64,000 nt of DNA from an uncultured delta proteobacterium (GCA_963811325.1 CAWEQT010000002.1:316777-380776); one strand, 5' to 3'; positions 20,698-29,802 are shown, counted from the first letter of the stretch. Notes: a model not told the origin generated them from the letters alone. A program made the numbers and translations.

Positions 20698-21708
20698 TTA
20701 AAACACCCCTTCCAGTTCCGTCCCACATTTAGGGCATTTATTTCCTTTGAGGTTAATGCTGTTGATTTTATAACCGTAACGTTCAATTAAACGATTGCCA
20801 CAATTGAAACAATGTGTGCTTTCACCTTCATCACCGGGAACGTTGCCGCTGTAGACGTATTTTAATCCGACCTGTTTCCCAATCTCCGCCGCCAGATGTA
20901 ATGAAGAAATCGGGGTTACCGGCAGGTTCTGTGATTTGAATTGCGGGTAAAAGCGGCTGATGTGCCAGGGAGTTTCCTTACCCAATCTGGCAATAAATTG
21001 AGCGATGTCCTTGAGTTCTTCTTTGCTGTCATTGAGCGTGGGAATAAGCAACGTGGTTATTTCTACCCATATTCCCAATTCTTTCATTTTTTTCAAACTC
21101 TCCAGAACCGGATCCAGCCTGGCTCCGCATTGTTTTTTGTAAAACTCATCACGAAAAGATTTTAAGTCCACATTGGCGGCGGCCAAATATGGGGCTATCG
21201 TTTCAATTGTTTCGGTGGTCATAAAACCGTTGGTGACAAACACGTTTTTCAAACCATTCTCACTGGCAATTTTCGCGGTATCATAGGCCAGTTCAAAATA
21301 GATTGTCGGTTCGGTATAAGTATAGGCGATTGTTTTCGAGCCGCTTTTTTTCGCCCTGGCTGCAATCTCCGCGGGCGGCAAATCAACGCCTGTTATCATT
21401 CGCGTGGCACGCGGCGCCTGGGAAATTTCATGGTTCTGGCAAAATTCACAACTGAAATTGCATCCTGCTGTGGCGATGGAATAGGATTTGGAGGATGGGT
21501 AAACATGAAAGAATGGTTTCTTCTCGATGGGATCAATGTTTTCGGCAATTAATGTTCCGTAAACCAGTGAATATAGAATGCCGTCCCTATTTTCCCTTAC
21601 TCCGCAGACGCCCCGTCTATCAGGTTTAATCGTGCATCTATGCACGCATAGATTGCAACGCACGCGCTGGTCATCAAGTTTTTCGTAAAACATCGCTTCT
21701 TTAATCAT
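20698..21708 (-). CDS. amrS: AmmeMemoRadiSam-system radical SAM enzyme
   Basis: 336 aa. It has the N-terminal cysteine motif CNLCVHRC...GVCGVR, DPIEKKPFFH, the radical-SAM motif CNFSCEFCQN, and a C-terminal CFNCG...CPKCG. Confidence 0.8.
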   Translation of the reverse strand: MIKEAMFYEKLDDQRVRCNLCVHRCTIKPDRRGVCGVRENRDGILYSLVYGTLIAENIDPIEKKPFFHVYPSSKSYSIATAGCNFSCEFCQNHEISQAPRATRMITGVDLPPAEIAARAKKSGSKTIAYTYTEPTIYFELAYDTAKIASENGLKNVFVTNGFMTTETIETIAPYLAAANVDLKSFRDEFYKKQCGARLDPVLESLKKMKELGIWVEITTLLIPTLNDSKEELKDIAQFIARLGKETPWHISRFYPQFKSQNLPVTPISSLHLAAEIGKQVGLKYVYSGNVPGDEGESTHCFNCGNRLIERYGYKINSINLKGNKCPKCGTELEGVF

Positions 21709-22487
21709 TTACCGTTCTGCCTCAACATATTCCGCACAGCTTCTGGAGCTGTTCCAGGGGCTTCTGCTTTTAGTTTAAATGAATTCACAATCGGACTTTG
21801 CGCTGTCCGGTAAATGTATTTCACAGGAAAGTTCAGGCCAACGAAAGCGCCAAATGGATTTTTTCGGACAGGAAACACGTCTTCCAGTTCCTCAAAAAAA
21901 TCGTAAACAATGCCGGGGAAATAAATAACACTGCCCCATGTGATGACAGTATCGCCTGCTATACTTTTCACCATATTTCTGATTTCAGGAAAACTGAAAA
22001 AGCGCATTTCCGGTGAAAGGGGAAACCCGAATATTTCTTTTAACCGTTGTCTCGTTCCCACAAAAGAATAGTTATTTAAGAATCCGATAAAAACACGGCC
22101 CCGGCAGACTCTGATTGCTTCTTCAACGACTTTTCGCGGATTATCCGCGATTTCCAGGAAATTAATTATGGTTACAATATCGAATTCATCGTCGGAAAAG
22201 GGAAGTTCCTGGGCTTGACCTGAAATTAATTCGGCGCGGCGGCCATATTTTTTCCGGGCAATTTCCAGCTTTTCGCTGGAGGAATCAATTCCAGTTAAAG
22301 AACATCTTTTTTCATCAAAGAATTGTAAATTATTGCCCGTGCCGCAACCTATATCAAGGATTCTTTCTCCGGCTTGCGGAGCCACTAAATCCAGAATTAA
22401 TTCTTTCTGCCGCAAAAGGATATAACTGCTTCGTGGTGTCTTCAATCTTTCACCGGAAAATCCGGCCGTTCTTTGATCGAAAAACAT
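21705..22487 (-). CDS. class I SAM-dependent methyltransferase
   Basis: 260 aa with motif I ILDIGCGTGNN. There is a 4-nt overlap with the downstream radical-SAM gene. Confidence 0.75.
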   Translation of the reverse strand: MFFDQRTAGFSGERLKTPRSSYILLRQKELILDLVAPQAGERILDIGCGTGNNLQFFDEKRCSLTGIDSSSEKLEIARKKYGRRAELISGQAQELPFSDDEFDIVTIINFLEIADNPRKVVEEAIRVCRGRVFIGFLNNYSFVGTRQRLKEIFGFPLSPEMRFFSFPEIRNMVKSIAGDTVITWGSVIYFPGIVYDFFEELEDVFPVRKNPFGAFVGLNFPVKYIYRTAQSPIVNSFKLKAEAPGTAPEAVRNMLRQNGK

Positions 22488-22681
22488 TTGAGTTGTCCCT
22501 GGCTAAACTTTTACATTAAATCCATTATAAATTTATTGGGAATTCGCCGCCTCGCGATAACCCGACATTCCCCGCCCACTTTTCATTATATGATTATACC
22601 TTATTTCTTTTAAAATATATCCTTTTGATTACTGTTTTTCAACCGCCAATCTCCGACATGTTCCGGTAACATTTTTTCAAA

Positions 22682-23346
22682 CTATTTTCCGTGCAGATCA
22701 TGTTGTTTTGGTTTTAATAATATGGCGTCCCGAATAAGCTTTTCCAATTCCGTATCGCTGCAATTTCCCCGCAGCGCCTTCTTTAAATCAATTTCCGCTT
22801 CCTTGAGCAGGCAAACCCTTAATTTTCCATCGGAAGTAAGGCGCAAGTGATTGTAGGCCGAACAAAAATGTTCGCTCACCGGATTAATAAAACCGATTTC
22901 ACCGTGTCCGCCTTTTATCTTATAGATTTTGGCCTGACCGTCTGATTTGTTCTTCTTGTCTTTTATCTGCTCCAGTTCGAAACTTTCGCTGATTTTCTTA
23001 ATTAATTGCGCTGCCGGCATTAAAGATATCCTGGGCGAATTCTTCCATAAGAATACCGTTTGTTGTAATACTGATATCCCGCAAGCCACTGATTTTTTTT
23101 CAGCTTGGCAATAAAGTCTATGAAACCCCGGCGGAAGAGCGGCTCGCCTCCTGTTATCCGCACCTTGACCAATCCCATTTTTATGGCAATGGAAACAATG
23201 CGAATTATTTCCTCATAACGCAGAATATTGTCATGCCCCTGCAAGGAAATTCCCTCTTTGGGTCGGTAATAACTGCATCGCAAATTAAATCTGTCGGTTA
23301 TAGAAACGCGCAAGTAATTTATTTCTCCGTTGAATTGATCAAGCAT
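22682..23346 (-). pseudogene. moaA: decayed moaA (GTP 3',8-cyclase)
   Basis: Two track ORFs (23020-23346 and 22682-23089) carry MoaA N- and C-terminal similarity. A third frame reads DISITTNGILMEEFAQDIFNAG and then stops. The radical-SAM CxxxCxxC motif is replaced by FNLRCSYY. The total length is about 665 nt against about 1 kb expected. Confidence 0.75.
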
Positions 23347-23521
23347 AATTTCTAAAAACCTTAATTTTTATCATGGTTTTAATAGCATAATTGGCAAAAC
23401 AGAGCCATTAAATGTTTCTTGACAGGGTACTTATTCTTTACTAAACAAAGCTTAAGTAATTATCCTGCCCGTAGTTTTAAACAAATCACGTCAGGACGAA
23501 GCAAAATAATCTGGAGTTACC

Positions 23522-24001
23522 ATGGAGAAAATACCTATTACCAAAGCTGGTTTTGAAAAATTAAAAAAAGATATTGAGACAATAAAGAATGTGTCCATTC
23601 CTGAAAATGTTCGCGATATTGAAATCGCGCGCGCACACGGCGACATTTCCGAAAACGCCGAATATTCCGCTGCCAAAGAAAGACAGTCTTTTCTCTATGG
23701 AAGAAAGCAGGAACTGGAAAATCAACTCGCTCTGGCCAATATTATTAATTTGAAAGGGTTGACTACCGACAAAGTAGTTTTCGGCTGTTATGTCAGCCTG
23801 GAAGATACTGACAGCGGCGAAAACATAAAATATCAACTGCTCGGCCCTTATGAATCCGACATTAATAAAAACAAAATTTCCGTGACATCTCCTATCGGCA
23901 AAGCCCTAATCGGTAAACGTATCGGTAGTGAAATCAGCGTGCAAACACCAGGCGGTATGCGCAACTTTGAAGTCATTGACATTTCGATTGAAGAAGAATA
24001 G
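23522..24001 (+). CDS. greA: transcription elongation factor GreA
   Basis: 159 aa with an N-terminal coiled coil (ARAHGDISENAEYSAAKE) and a C-terminal FKBP-like domain. Confidence 0.92.
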   Translation: MEKIPITKAGFEKLKKDIETIKNVSIPENVRDIEIARAHGDISENAEYSAAKERQSFLYGRKQELENQLALANIINLKGLTTDKVVFGCYVSLEDTDSGENIKYQLLGPYESDINKNKISVTSPIGKALIGKRIGSEISVQTPGGMRNFEVIDISIEEE

Positions 24002-24011
24002 CTTTTTTCAT

Positions 24012-25142
24012 TTAAACCTTTGCCGGAAATGATTTAATAGCCTGTTGGATTTCTTCCTTAACAATACCCCTGCTTTTTTTTGAAAATAGTTTCAGTCCGG
24101 ACATCGCTTCGAAATTGCCTATGCGGCCCAGCGCCCAAGCGATCATGCTGTTAACACGCTCATCAGAATTTTCTTTAAACGCACGGGTGAGATCCGCAAC
24201 ATAAACCGGATTAAGAGTATTGCCCATAGCACGGGCGACATTCATCTTCCAACGCCAGATATCATCAGCAGACATATAGAACATGTGCGGCCAGATTTTC
24301 TGCTCGAAATATGGTTTATCCATATGCAGCAGACGAAAAAGGTCGAAATCCGCGGATTTGGCCAAAACACGGGAATTTAGGGGCTTTCCCTCTGTTATCC
24401 GATTTACATTACGGGGACAGACATTTTGACAGCGATCACATCCATACACGTATATGCCCATCGGTTCGCGAAGTTCAAGCGGAGTGAGTCCTGCGCCATA
24501 ATACGTTAAAAAAGAGATACAGCGGCGGGGATCAATTTTTCCGTCTCCTTTGATGGCGCGGGTAGGACATGCCGCCACACAGGCATTGCGGCACCAATCG
24601 GGACAGCCAACGGAAATATCAGGTTCATCCGCAGCAAATTCATGGTCAACAACAATGGCAATGGGCAAAACAAACGAACTTTTGCGGGCGACACGCCGGG
24701 CGTAAAAAAGACAATTCTTGCCAAAAGTTCCCAAGCCGGCGCGAGCGGCTGACAACCGGTGCGGCAGATTAAATGGCACTTTGGAATCGACACCATTCAC
24801 CTGGAGAAACTTCCTGAAAGCCTTGATTTTAAGCACCAGACCATCTTTGGTAACCCGGTCATCATCAAGATAGCACCGGCCAAAATGACGCTCCATTTGC
24901 AGCGGAAAAGATTCTTCGAAATAAGATTCCAACAGCACGATTATGGATTTAGCATTGGGAAGAATGTTGTGGGGATCCGTTCCCGCTATCAAACTCAAAC
25001 CGGCTTTCTCCACCCAGCCATATTCTTCCTGACGCGCCAGCAGGTATTCCTTCTGAGACGCGAAAGGCTCAGCATTGGTGAACCCAATATCGGCAAATTT
25101 CAACCGTCTTGCTTCCCCGATGATGTCTTGTTTAGTCAGCAT
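24012..25142 (-). CDS. queG: epoxyqueuosine reductase QueG
   Basis: It has a DUF1730-type N-terminus, Fe-S motifs CRNACVAACP and CDRCQNVCP, and a C-terminal HEAT-like tail. The track ORF runs to 25205 through repeat copy B. MLTKQDIIGE at 25142 is preceded by AGAGG. Confidence 0.85.
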   Translation of the reverse strand: MLTKQDIIGEARRLKFADIGFTNAEPFASQKEYLLARQEEYGWVEKAGLSLIAGTDPHNILPNAKSIIVLLESYFEESFPLQMERHFGRCYLDDDRVTKDGLVLKIKAFRKFLQVNGVDSKVPFNLPHRLSAARAGLGTFGKNCLFYARRVARKSSFVLPIAIVVDHEFAADEPDISVGCPDWCRNACVAACPTRAIKGDGKIDPRRCISFLTYYGAGLTPLELREPMGIYVYGCDRCQNVCPRNVNRITEGKPLNSRVLAKSADFDLFRLLHMDKPYFEQKIWPHMFYMSADDIWRWKMNVARAMGNTLNPVYVADLTRAFKENSDERVNSMIAWALGRIGNFEAMSGLKLFSKKSRGIVKEEIQQAIKSFPAKV

Positions 25143-25160
25143 AATATACCTCTTTACATC

Positions 25161-25296
25161 AATTCTAAAGGGAATTTTCGCCATGCTGGCGAAAATTCCC
25201 GGCAAGGTGGGTTTCTATTTATTATACGCCCCCCTAAAGTGAATGCGCTTCCGATCACAGCACTATTTTTGTTGGCATCGTTGTCGGCTTCGGGAA
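25161..25296 (-). repeat. structured intergenic repeat, copy B (inverted relative to copy A)
   Basis: See copy A. A perfect 13-bp hairpin lies at 25170-25200 (gggaattttcgcc/atgct/ggcgaaaattccc). The core spans 25200-25277. A weaker match to A continues to about 25296, where A carries a 23-nt insertion. Confidence 0.8.
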
Positions 25297-25622
25297 CGTT
25301 TGTAAATCCGGGAGTTCATCCCCGAAGGGGCACAATATAATTTGTCTCAATATAATAACGGGCCTTACAAAATTTATACATTAACCTTAAAGTGATTACA
25401 AGAACATACATTATTCTGAAAAAGCTGGTGAAATCTGGTTCGAAAAGATTTGACAATATCGTTTATTGTCTAGTAAATGTATTTATGTGGAGGTTTGACT
25501 AAAACCTTACAAGACAATTTCAGATGTTTTTGTAAAGAGCCCCGCCATGCCACTTTCAGTAATGGCGGGAGAATGAGGGGGAAAATATTCTCATCTATAA
25601 ATTACACAAAAAATTGCACAAA

Positions 25623-26576
25623 ATGAATTCGATATATTCGCTAATCATTGTATCTATGATCTTTATGTTTCTTGGCTGCGCGGCAAATAATGAACAGGTT
25701 AAGAGAATTCAAACATTCAAAGCAAAAACACCTTATGAAATTCCGATTGTTCCTGAATTGAAAAATAATCCGGACTCAGTTATCCCGGTCAAGATTGAAG
25801 AACTGAAGCAGACTCTGATCACAAACGGAGTACCAGGAGAATGGTTCGATGAGCAGATTCAAAATGAAACTTTCAGGATTCACCCCAATATAGGCCAATA
25901 TTTTAAGAAATCTGCGGAAAAACAGACCGATCATGACAAGAAACATGATATATTGTGGTATTTTGCACGAATAGGCGTGGATGCTAAAATCGAAAAAGGA
26001 AAACCATTCATCGAAGACCACATCGAAATATTCAAAAAGGCCGAGGCAAAACATGGAATACATAAGGAATTGATCGCCGCTATCATTGGCGTCGAAACAA
26101 ATTTCGCCGATCATCAACAGCGCGGCAAATTCTATGCGTTCAATGCTTTAGTGTCTCAATACATTTTCACAAACCGGACAAAATTTGCTGTTCGTGAACT
26201 CACGGCTCTTTATAAATTTTCACGAATGACAGAACATCCGCCGCAATATTTCACGAGTTCCTATGCCGGCGCAATCGGCTGGGGTCAGTTTATTCCTTCG
26301 TCCCTGCTGGCTTTTTTCATCGATTCAAATGGAATTGATGATGATATTGATCCATTCTCCATTGAAGATACTATCTTCAGTGTGGAAAACTACCTTTACA
26401 AGCATAAACTATCCGGAGCAAACATCGGCGATGATGATAGTAAATACAAAGCCGTTTTTGCCTACAACCACAGTGACGTTTACGTTAAAGCAGTTCTCTA
26501 CGTCTACGACGGGTTGCGGGATTACTTTTCTCCAGGAGAAACAGTCGTTCGCGCAGAGCAGTCGGCTAATAATTAA
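25623..26576 (+). CDS. mltB: lytic murein transglycosylase (MltB-like lipoprotein)
   Basis: It has a signal peptide with lipobox FLGC and the catalytic region IIGVETNFA. ATG at 25623 is preferred over the track's TTG at 25614. Confidence 0.8.
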   Translation: MNSIYSLIIVSMIFMFLGCAANNEQVKRIQTFKAKTPYEIPIVPELKNNPDSVIPVKIEELKQTLITNGVPGEWFDEQIQNETFRIHPNIGQYFKKSAEKQTDHDKKHDILWYFARIGVDAKIEKGKPFIEDHIEIFKKAEAKHGIHKELIAAIIGVETNFADHQQRGKFYAFNALVSQYIFTNRTKFAVRELTALYKFSRMTEHPPQYFTSSYAGAIGWGQFIPSSLLAFFIDSNGIDDDIDPFSIEDTIFSVENYLYKHKLSGANIGDDDSKYKAVFAYNHSDVYVKAVLYVYDGLRDYFSPGETVVRAEQSANN

Positions 26577-26927
26577 TGTTTTGGAATTCCTTTTTATCTT
26601 TACGATATGCCAGATAGCTGTGCAGGAACCATATTTGCCTTTGCAAATCAGATTTCAATAATCTCTTTGCATAAATATTGGGATTGATACCACTCACTGA
26701 AGCTCTCTACGTCAAGCCGCAGAAAATCTTCGATTCTTAAGGAACTATATAAATCAATATTCGCTCGCTTACCCTGCAGCAAGCGAAGGTGTTTGCGCTC
26801 GCTGCCGAATTCAAGTGAGTAAACTGATATTTCAAACCCTGAATTACTCTTTTATTATACAGAAAGAATTTCTTAATTACTGAGTTTGAACAACCCTTTC
26901 TAATATCACCCATCCCCTAAAATATTT

Positions 26928-29588
26928 TTATTTAATTACCGACTTATCAAAACCGGCCAGTGAGAATTTAAGTGAAAATCCAGTGTAGGTAGAAGTCTGG
27001 GTAAAATCCAATCCCATGCTCCAGCACTGTTTGTGATAAACAAAGCCCAGCGTGTTTTCTACTGTTTGGGAATTAAACAGATCATATCTCGAAATAAATG
27101 TGGCATCAATATTTTTTGCAATTAGCGCTTTCAAGTTAAAGTCTATTTCTTCAACAGAATTCACGGTATAACGGTAACCGATTGACAACGAATCGCCGCG
27201 CCAATCTTTGACATTCAAATCATAACTCGACTGATCCCAGCCGCCGTAAACATTGTATAGATTACGCACCATAAAAGAAAAATATTTATGAGGAGTAAAA
27301 TCAAATTCCATTCCGATATCAGAGAAAGGCATTCTTTCTTGAGTAATTCCCTCCATATTTTTATTGGCTTCATTTATGTCATACGTCTGGAATAATTTAA
27401 ATCGTAGAAACTCCAGATAGCTGTAAGCGCCGGTATCATCCTTTACTTTGGCCGTAAGGGTGTTTGTAAGTGACCAGGCAACGGCGTTTTGTCCTTCTAA
27501 GCCGTATGAAGCAATCGTGACAGGCAAAGAAGAAAAAGTGCCAACAATGCCCTCAAAAGCTTTACCGGATGCAGTTGTGATGGGAGTTGTACCGGGCATT
27601 ATAAATGGCGAAAAAGCAGGCAAATAATAATCAGGCATGTTGCCTTGGGACACGTTGGGGACGTAAGAATATATTATTTCCGGTTTTATTTCATGACTTA
27701 TTTTTTCCCAATTTCCCAAATTTATATCAAAGACACGGGATGCCTGACTGCTTAAGGATAATAACGCATTGTAAATAGTTGTATCACCGGATTTACTGCC
27801 TGAACCGGTTTGGTTGTCATCGCGGTCCCAGGATGTCTCTTTGAGAGAAAACTGCGGGGTTACTTTAAGATAGTTGGATATATTAAAAGGCATGGAAACA
27901 GTTGGTGAAAAATCAATGTAGTGCCCTTTTTGTCCCGCTCCACTATAGAAATAATCATAAGTTCCGGTAAAGTCATAATATAATGGCGTATTCATAAATT
28001 GCTGTTTACTGCCCGCCAAAACGATCTCCGGATATCTTTGCAAAGTTTGATCATTAATGACGGCATTATAATCTTCTGTGGTGTCTATCAATCCCGTCAA
28101 ACTGTAATTAGACCATTCTTTAAACACGCGGACGGTTGATTCTAAATAACGAAGAGTCTGGTCGGCCTTGAAAGGAACATTTTTAAAACTGTCACCTGTC
28201 GTCTCGGCATAATTATTAAAAAAGTAATTATGAGCCGAAAAATCCTGAAAATACCATTTGTCGGATATATCTATTATATCTGTTCTTACATAAAATTGCG
28301 GATCAAAATTTGTTTGACTATTAAAATAATAAGACCAGCGCTTATGCATTTCCTGCCAGTCGCGGTTTGTTGCCTCATAGGTCGTTTCGGTGACATGTTC
28401 CGTATCCTCGATGTAATCGCCATAAAAAGTTCCGAAGGAATTATTCCCCAGATAGTATCTGTATTCCGCACCTTCTTGAAATCCTCTTTTTTCGATGTAA
28501 TTTTGGTAAAAAGTCGCATCCATCTGGGGGGAAATAGCCCAGAAATAAGGAACCTCTATATCGATGCCATCATTATTTGAACTGGAAAGATACGGAATAA
28601 GAAATCCCGACTGACGTTCACTTTTCGCCGGAAATGGAAGATACGGGGAATAGAACGCCGGCAAACCTTTCACGAGGAACTGGGCATCTTTCATTAAACC
28701 ATAGCCTTCCATTGTTACCTTCATTTCACTGCCGGCGATTGCCCAATCAGGCTTGTCGCCATCACAAGTTGTCGCAACAGGTTGTTCGATCAAATATGTA
28801 TTCTCTCCGGTTTTCTCAATTTTATCGCCATTTACATAAAAATTATTCATCGCGTAAAAGGCATGGGCCATATAAGCGGCGCCTGTTTTATCTTCAATAT
28901 TTAAAACAATTTTTTCACCCTGCAGAGTATCTTCTCCCGTTTTAAGAAACGCATTGCCCTGAGCCGTGGCAACATTATTTTTATTATCCAACTCCACGTC
29001 ATCGGCGGAAAGAGCGGCTCCGCTGTATGTTATGTTTACTTTACCCTTAGCGTGATACACATCGCGAACATTGTCGTAGTCCATGCTGTCCGCTTCGATA
29101 TTCACAGGATTCTCATTACTCCTGGCACCAAAATTTTTCAGAAGGTTATTGCTCTGAACGGGAGCGGCATTTTTTTTATTATCCAACTCATCGTCACCGG
29201 CATAAATAGCGTCATCGCTGTAAATTACGATTACTTTCCCCTGGACTTGATACACATCTCTGGAATTGTCGTCGTCCATGCTTCCGGCCCCATCAGCAAA
29301 AGCTGCGGGAGGTAAAAATAAAATTATTATCGCAATCAGAAAGGCAATCGTTAAATCGAAATTACTACATGGTCGCCTTCCTTGGCTGACTTTGTCGGCC
29401 TCGCCGTATCCTCCTTGCCGCCGCGTTATCCTTTGACCGGGGGTGCGATTGCAAGGAGCACAATAAATAACATTTTTTACTTTACCGCGAACTGACGCCT
29501 CTTCGGCGTCAGATTCCATGCAACTTGGTACTAATATAAAAATATCGTTATTTTCTGATTTAATATTTTTATACCCGATCAAGTTCAT
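26928..29588 (-). CDS. lptD: LPS-assembly outer-membrane protein LptD (start codon unresolved)
   Basis: This is the maximal 886-aa ORF. It has an OstA-type N-terminal domain (ADSMDYDN..AKGKVNITYSG..LSADDVELD), a large beta-barrel, and the signal-like segment LTIAFLIAIIILFLPPAAFA at residues about 78-100. No in-frame ATG, GTG or TTG lies just upstream of that segment. Confidence 0.85.
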   Translation of the reverse strand: MNLIGYKNIKSENNDIFILVPSCMESDAEEASVRGKVKNVIYCAPCNRTPGQRITRRQGGYGEADKVSQGRRPCSNFDLTIAFLIAIIILFLPPAAFADGAGSMDDDNSRDVYQVQGKVIVIYSDDAIYAGDDELDNKKNAAPVQSNNLLKNFGARSNENPVNIEADSMDYDNVRDVYHAKGKVNITYSGAALSADDVELDNKNNVATAQGNAFLKTGEDTLQGEKIVLNIEDKTGAAYMAHAFYAMNNFYVNGDKIEKTGENTYLIEQPVATTCDGDKPDWAIAGSEMKVTMEGYGLMKDAQFLVKGLPAFYSPYLPFPAKSERQSGFLIPYLSSSNNDGIDIEVPYFWAISPQMDATFYQNYIEKRGFQEGAEYRYYLGNNSFGTFYGDYIEDTEHVTETTYEATNRDWQEMHKRWSYYFNSQTNFDPQFYVRTDIIDISDKWYFQDFSAHNYFFNNYAETTGDSFKNVPFKADQTLRYLESTVRVFKEWSNYSLTGLIDTTEDYNAVINDQTLQRYPEIVLAGSKQQFMNTPLYYDFTGTYDYFYSGAGQKGHYIDFSPTVSMPFNISNYLKVTPQFSLKETSWDRDDNQTGSGSKSGDTTIYNALLSLSSQASRVFDINLGNWEKISHEIKPEIIYSYVPNVSQGNMPDYYLPAFSPFIMPGTTPITTASGKAFEGIVGTFSSLPVTIASYGLEGQNAVAWSLTNTLTAKVKDDTGAYSYLEFLRFKLFQTYDINEANKNMEGITQERMPFSDIGMEFDFTPHKYFSFMVRNLYNVYGGWDQSSYDLNVKDWRGDSLSIGYRYTVNSVEEIDFNLKALIAKNIDATFISRYDLFNSQTVENTLGFVYHKQCWSMGLDFTQTSTYTGFSLKFSLAGFDKSVIK
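28951..29282 (-). repeat. internal duplication of the LptD N-terminal OstA motif
   Basis: Units 29146-29282 (SMDDDNSRDVYQVQGKVIVIYSDDAIYAGDDELDNKKNAAPVQ) and 28951-29090 (SMDYDNVRDVYHAKGKVNITYSGAALSADDVELDNKNNVATAQ) are similar at both DNA and protein level. Confidence 0.7.
29431..29512 (+). repeat. structured repeat, diverged copy D (antisense inside the lptD 5' extension)
   Basis: The sequence ttgaccgggggtgcgattgcaaggagcacaataaataac...ccgcg is followed by an 8-bp hairpin at 29492-29512 (ctgacgcc/tcttc/ggcgtcag). It is colinear with copies A, B and C. Confidence 0.6.
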
Positions 29589-29802
29589 TATTTTACCTTT
29601 GTCAGCTAAGATTGTATCTTTCTTACTTATTTTTTTACTATCATATAAGATTATTTTATGAAATGGGATTGTTTAAAAACCCATGATTATTGACTGTTCA
29701 ACAATGCTCAGATGCAAGGCGCGTAAAAACCGAATCGCGAGACGCAGATGGATATACGTTGAGCGGTGCGTTTTGCAGTGCAACAAAGCAGATGAGTGTT
29801 TT

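Noticed and set aside
25143-25296. The element upstream of queG might be a preQ1 or queuosine-related riboswitch.
   Set aside because: The same element occurs at smc/ftsY, lptD and folC, which are unrelated to queuosine. It also does not fit the compact preQ1-I hairpin plus A-rich tail consensus.
24759-25340. 193-aa plus-strand ORF overlapping the queG 5' half and repeat copy B.
   Set aside because: It is antisense to queG, has no motifs, and runs through a non-coding repeat.
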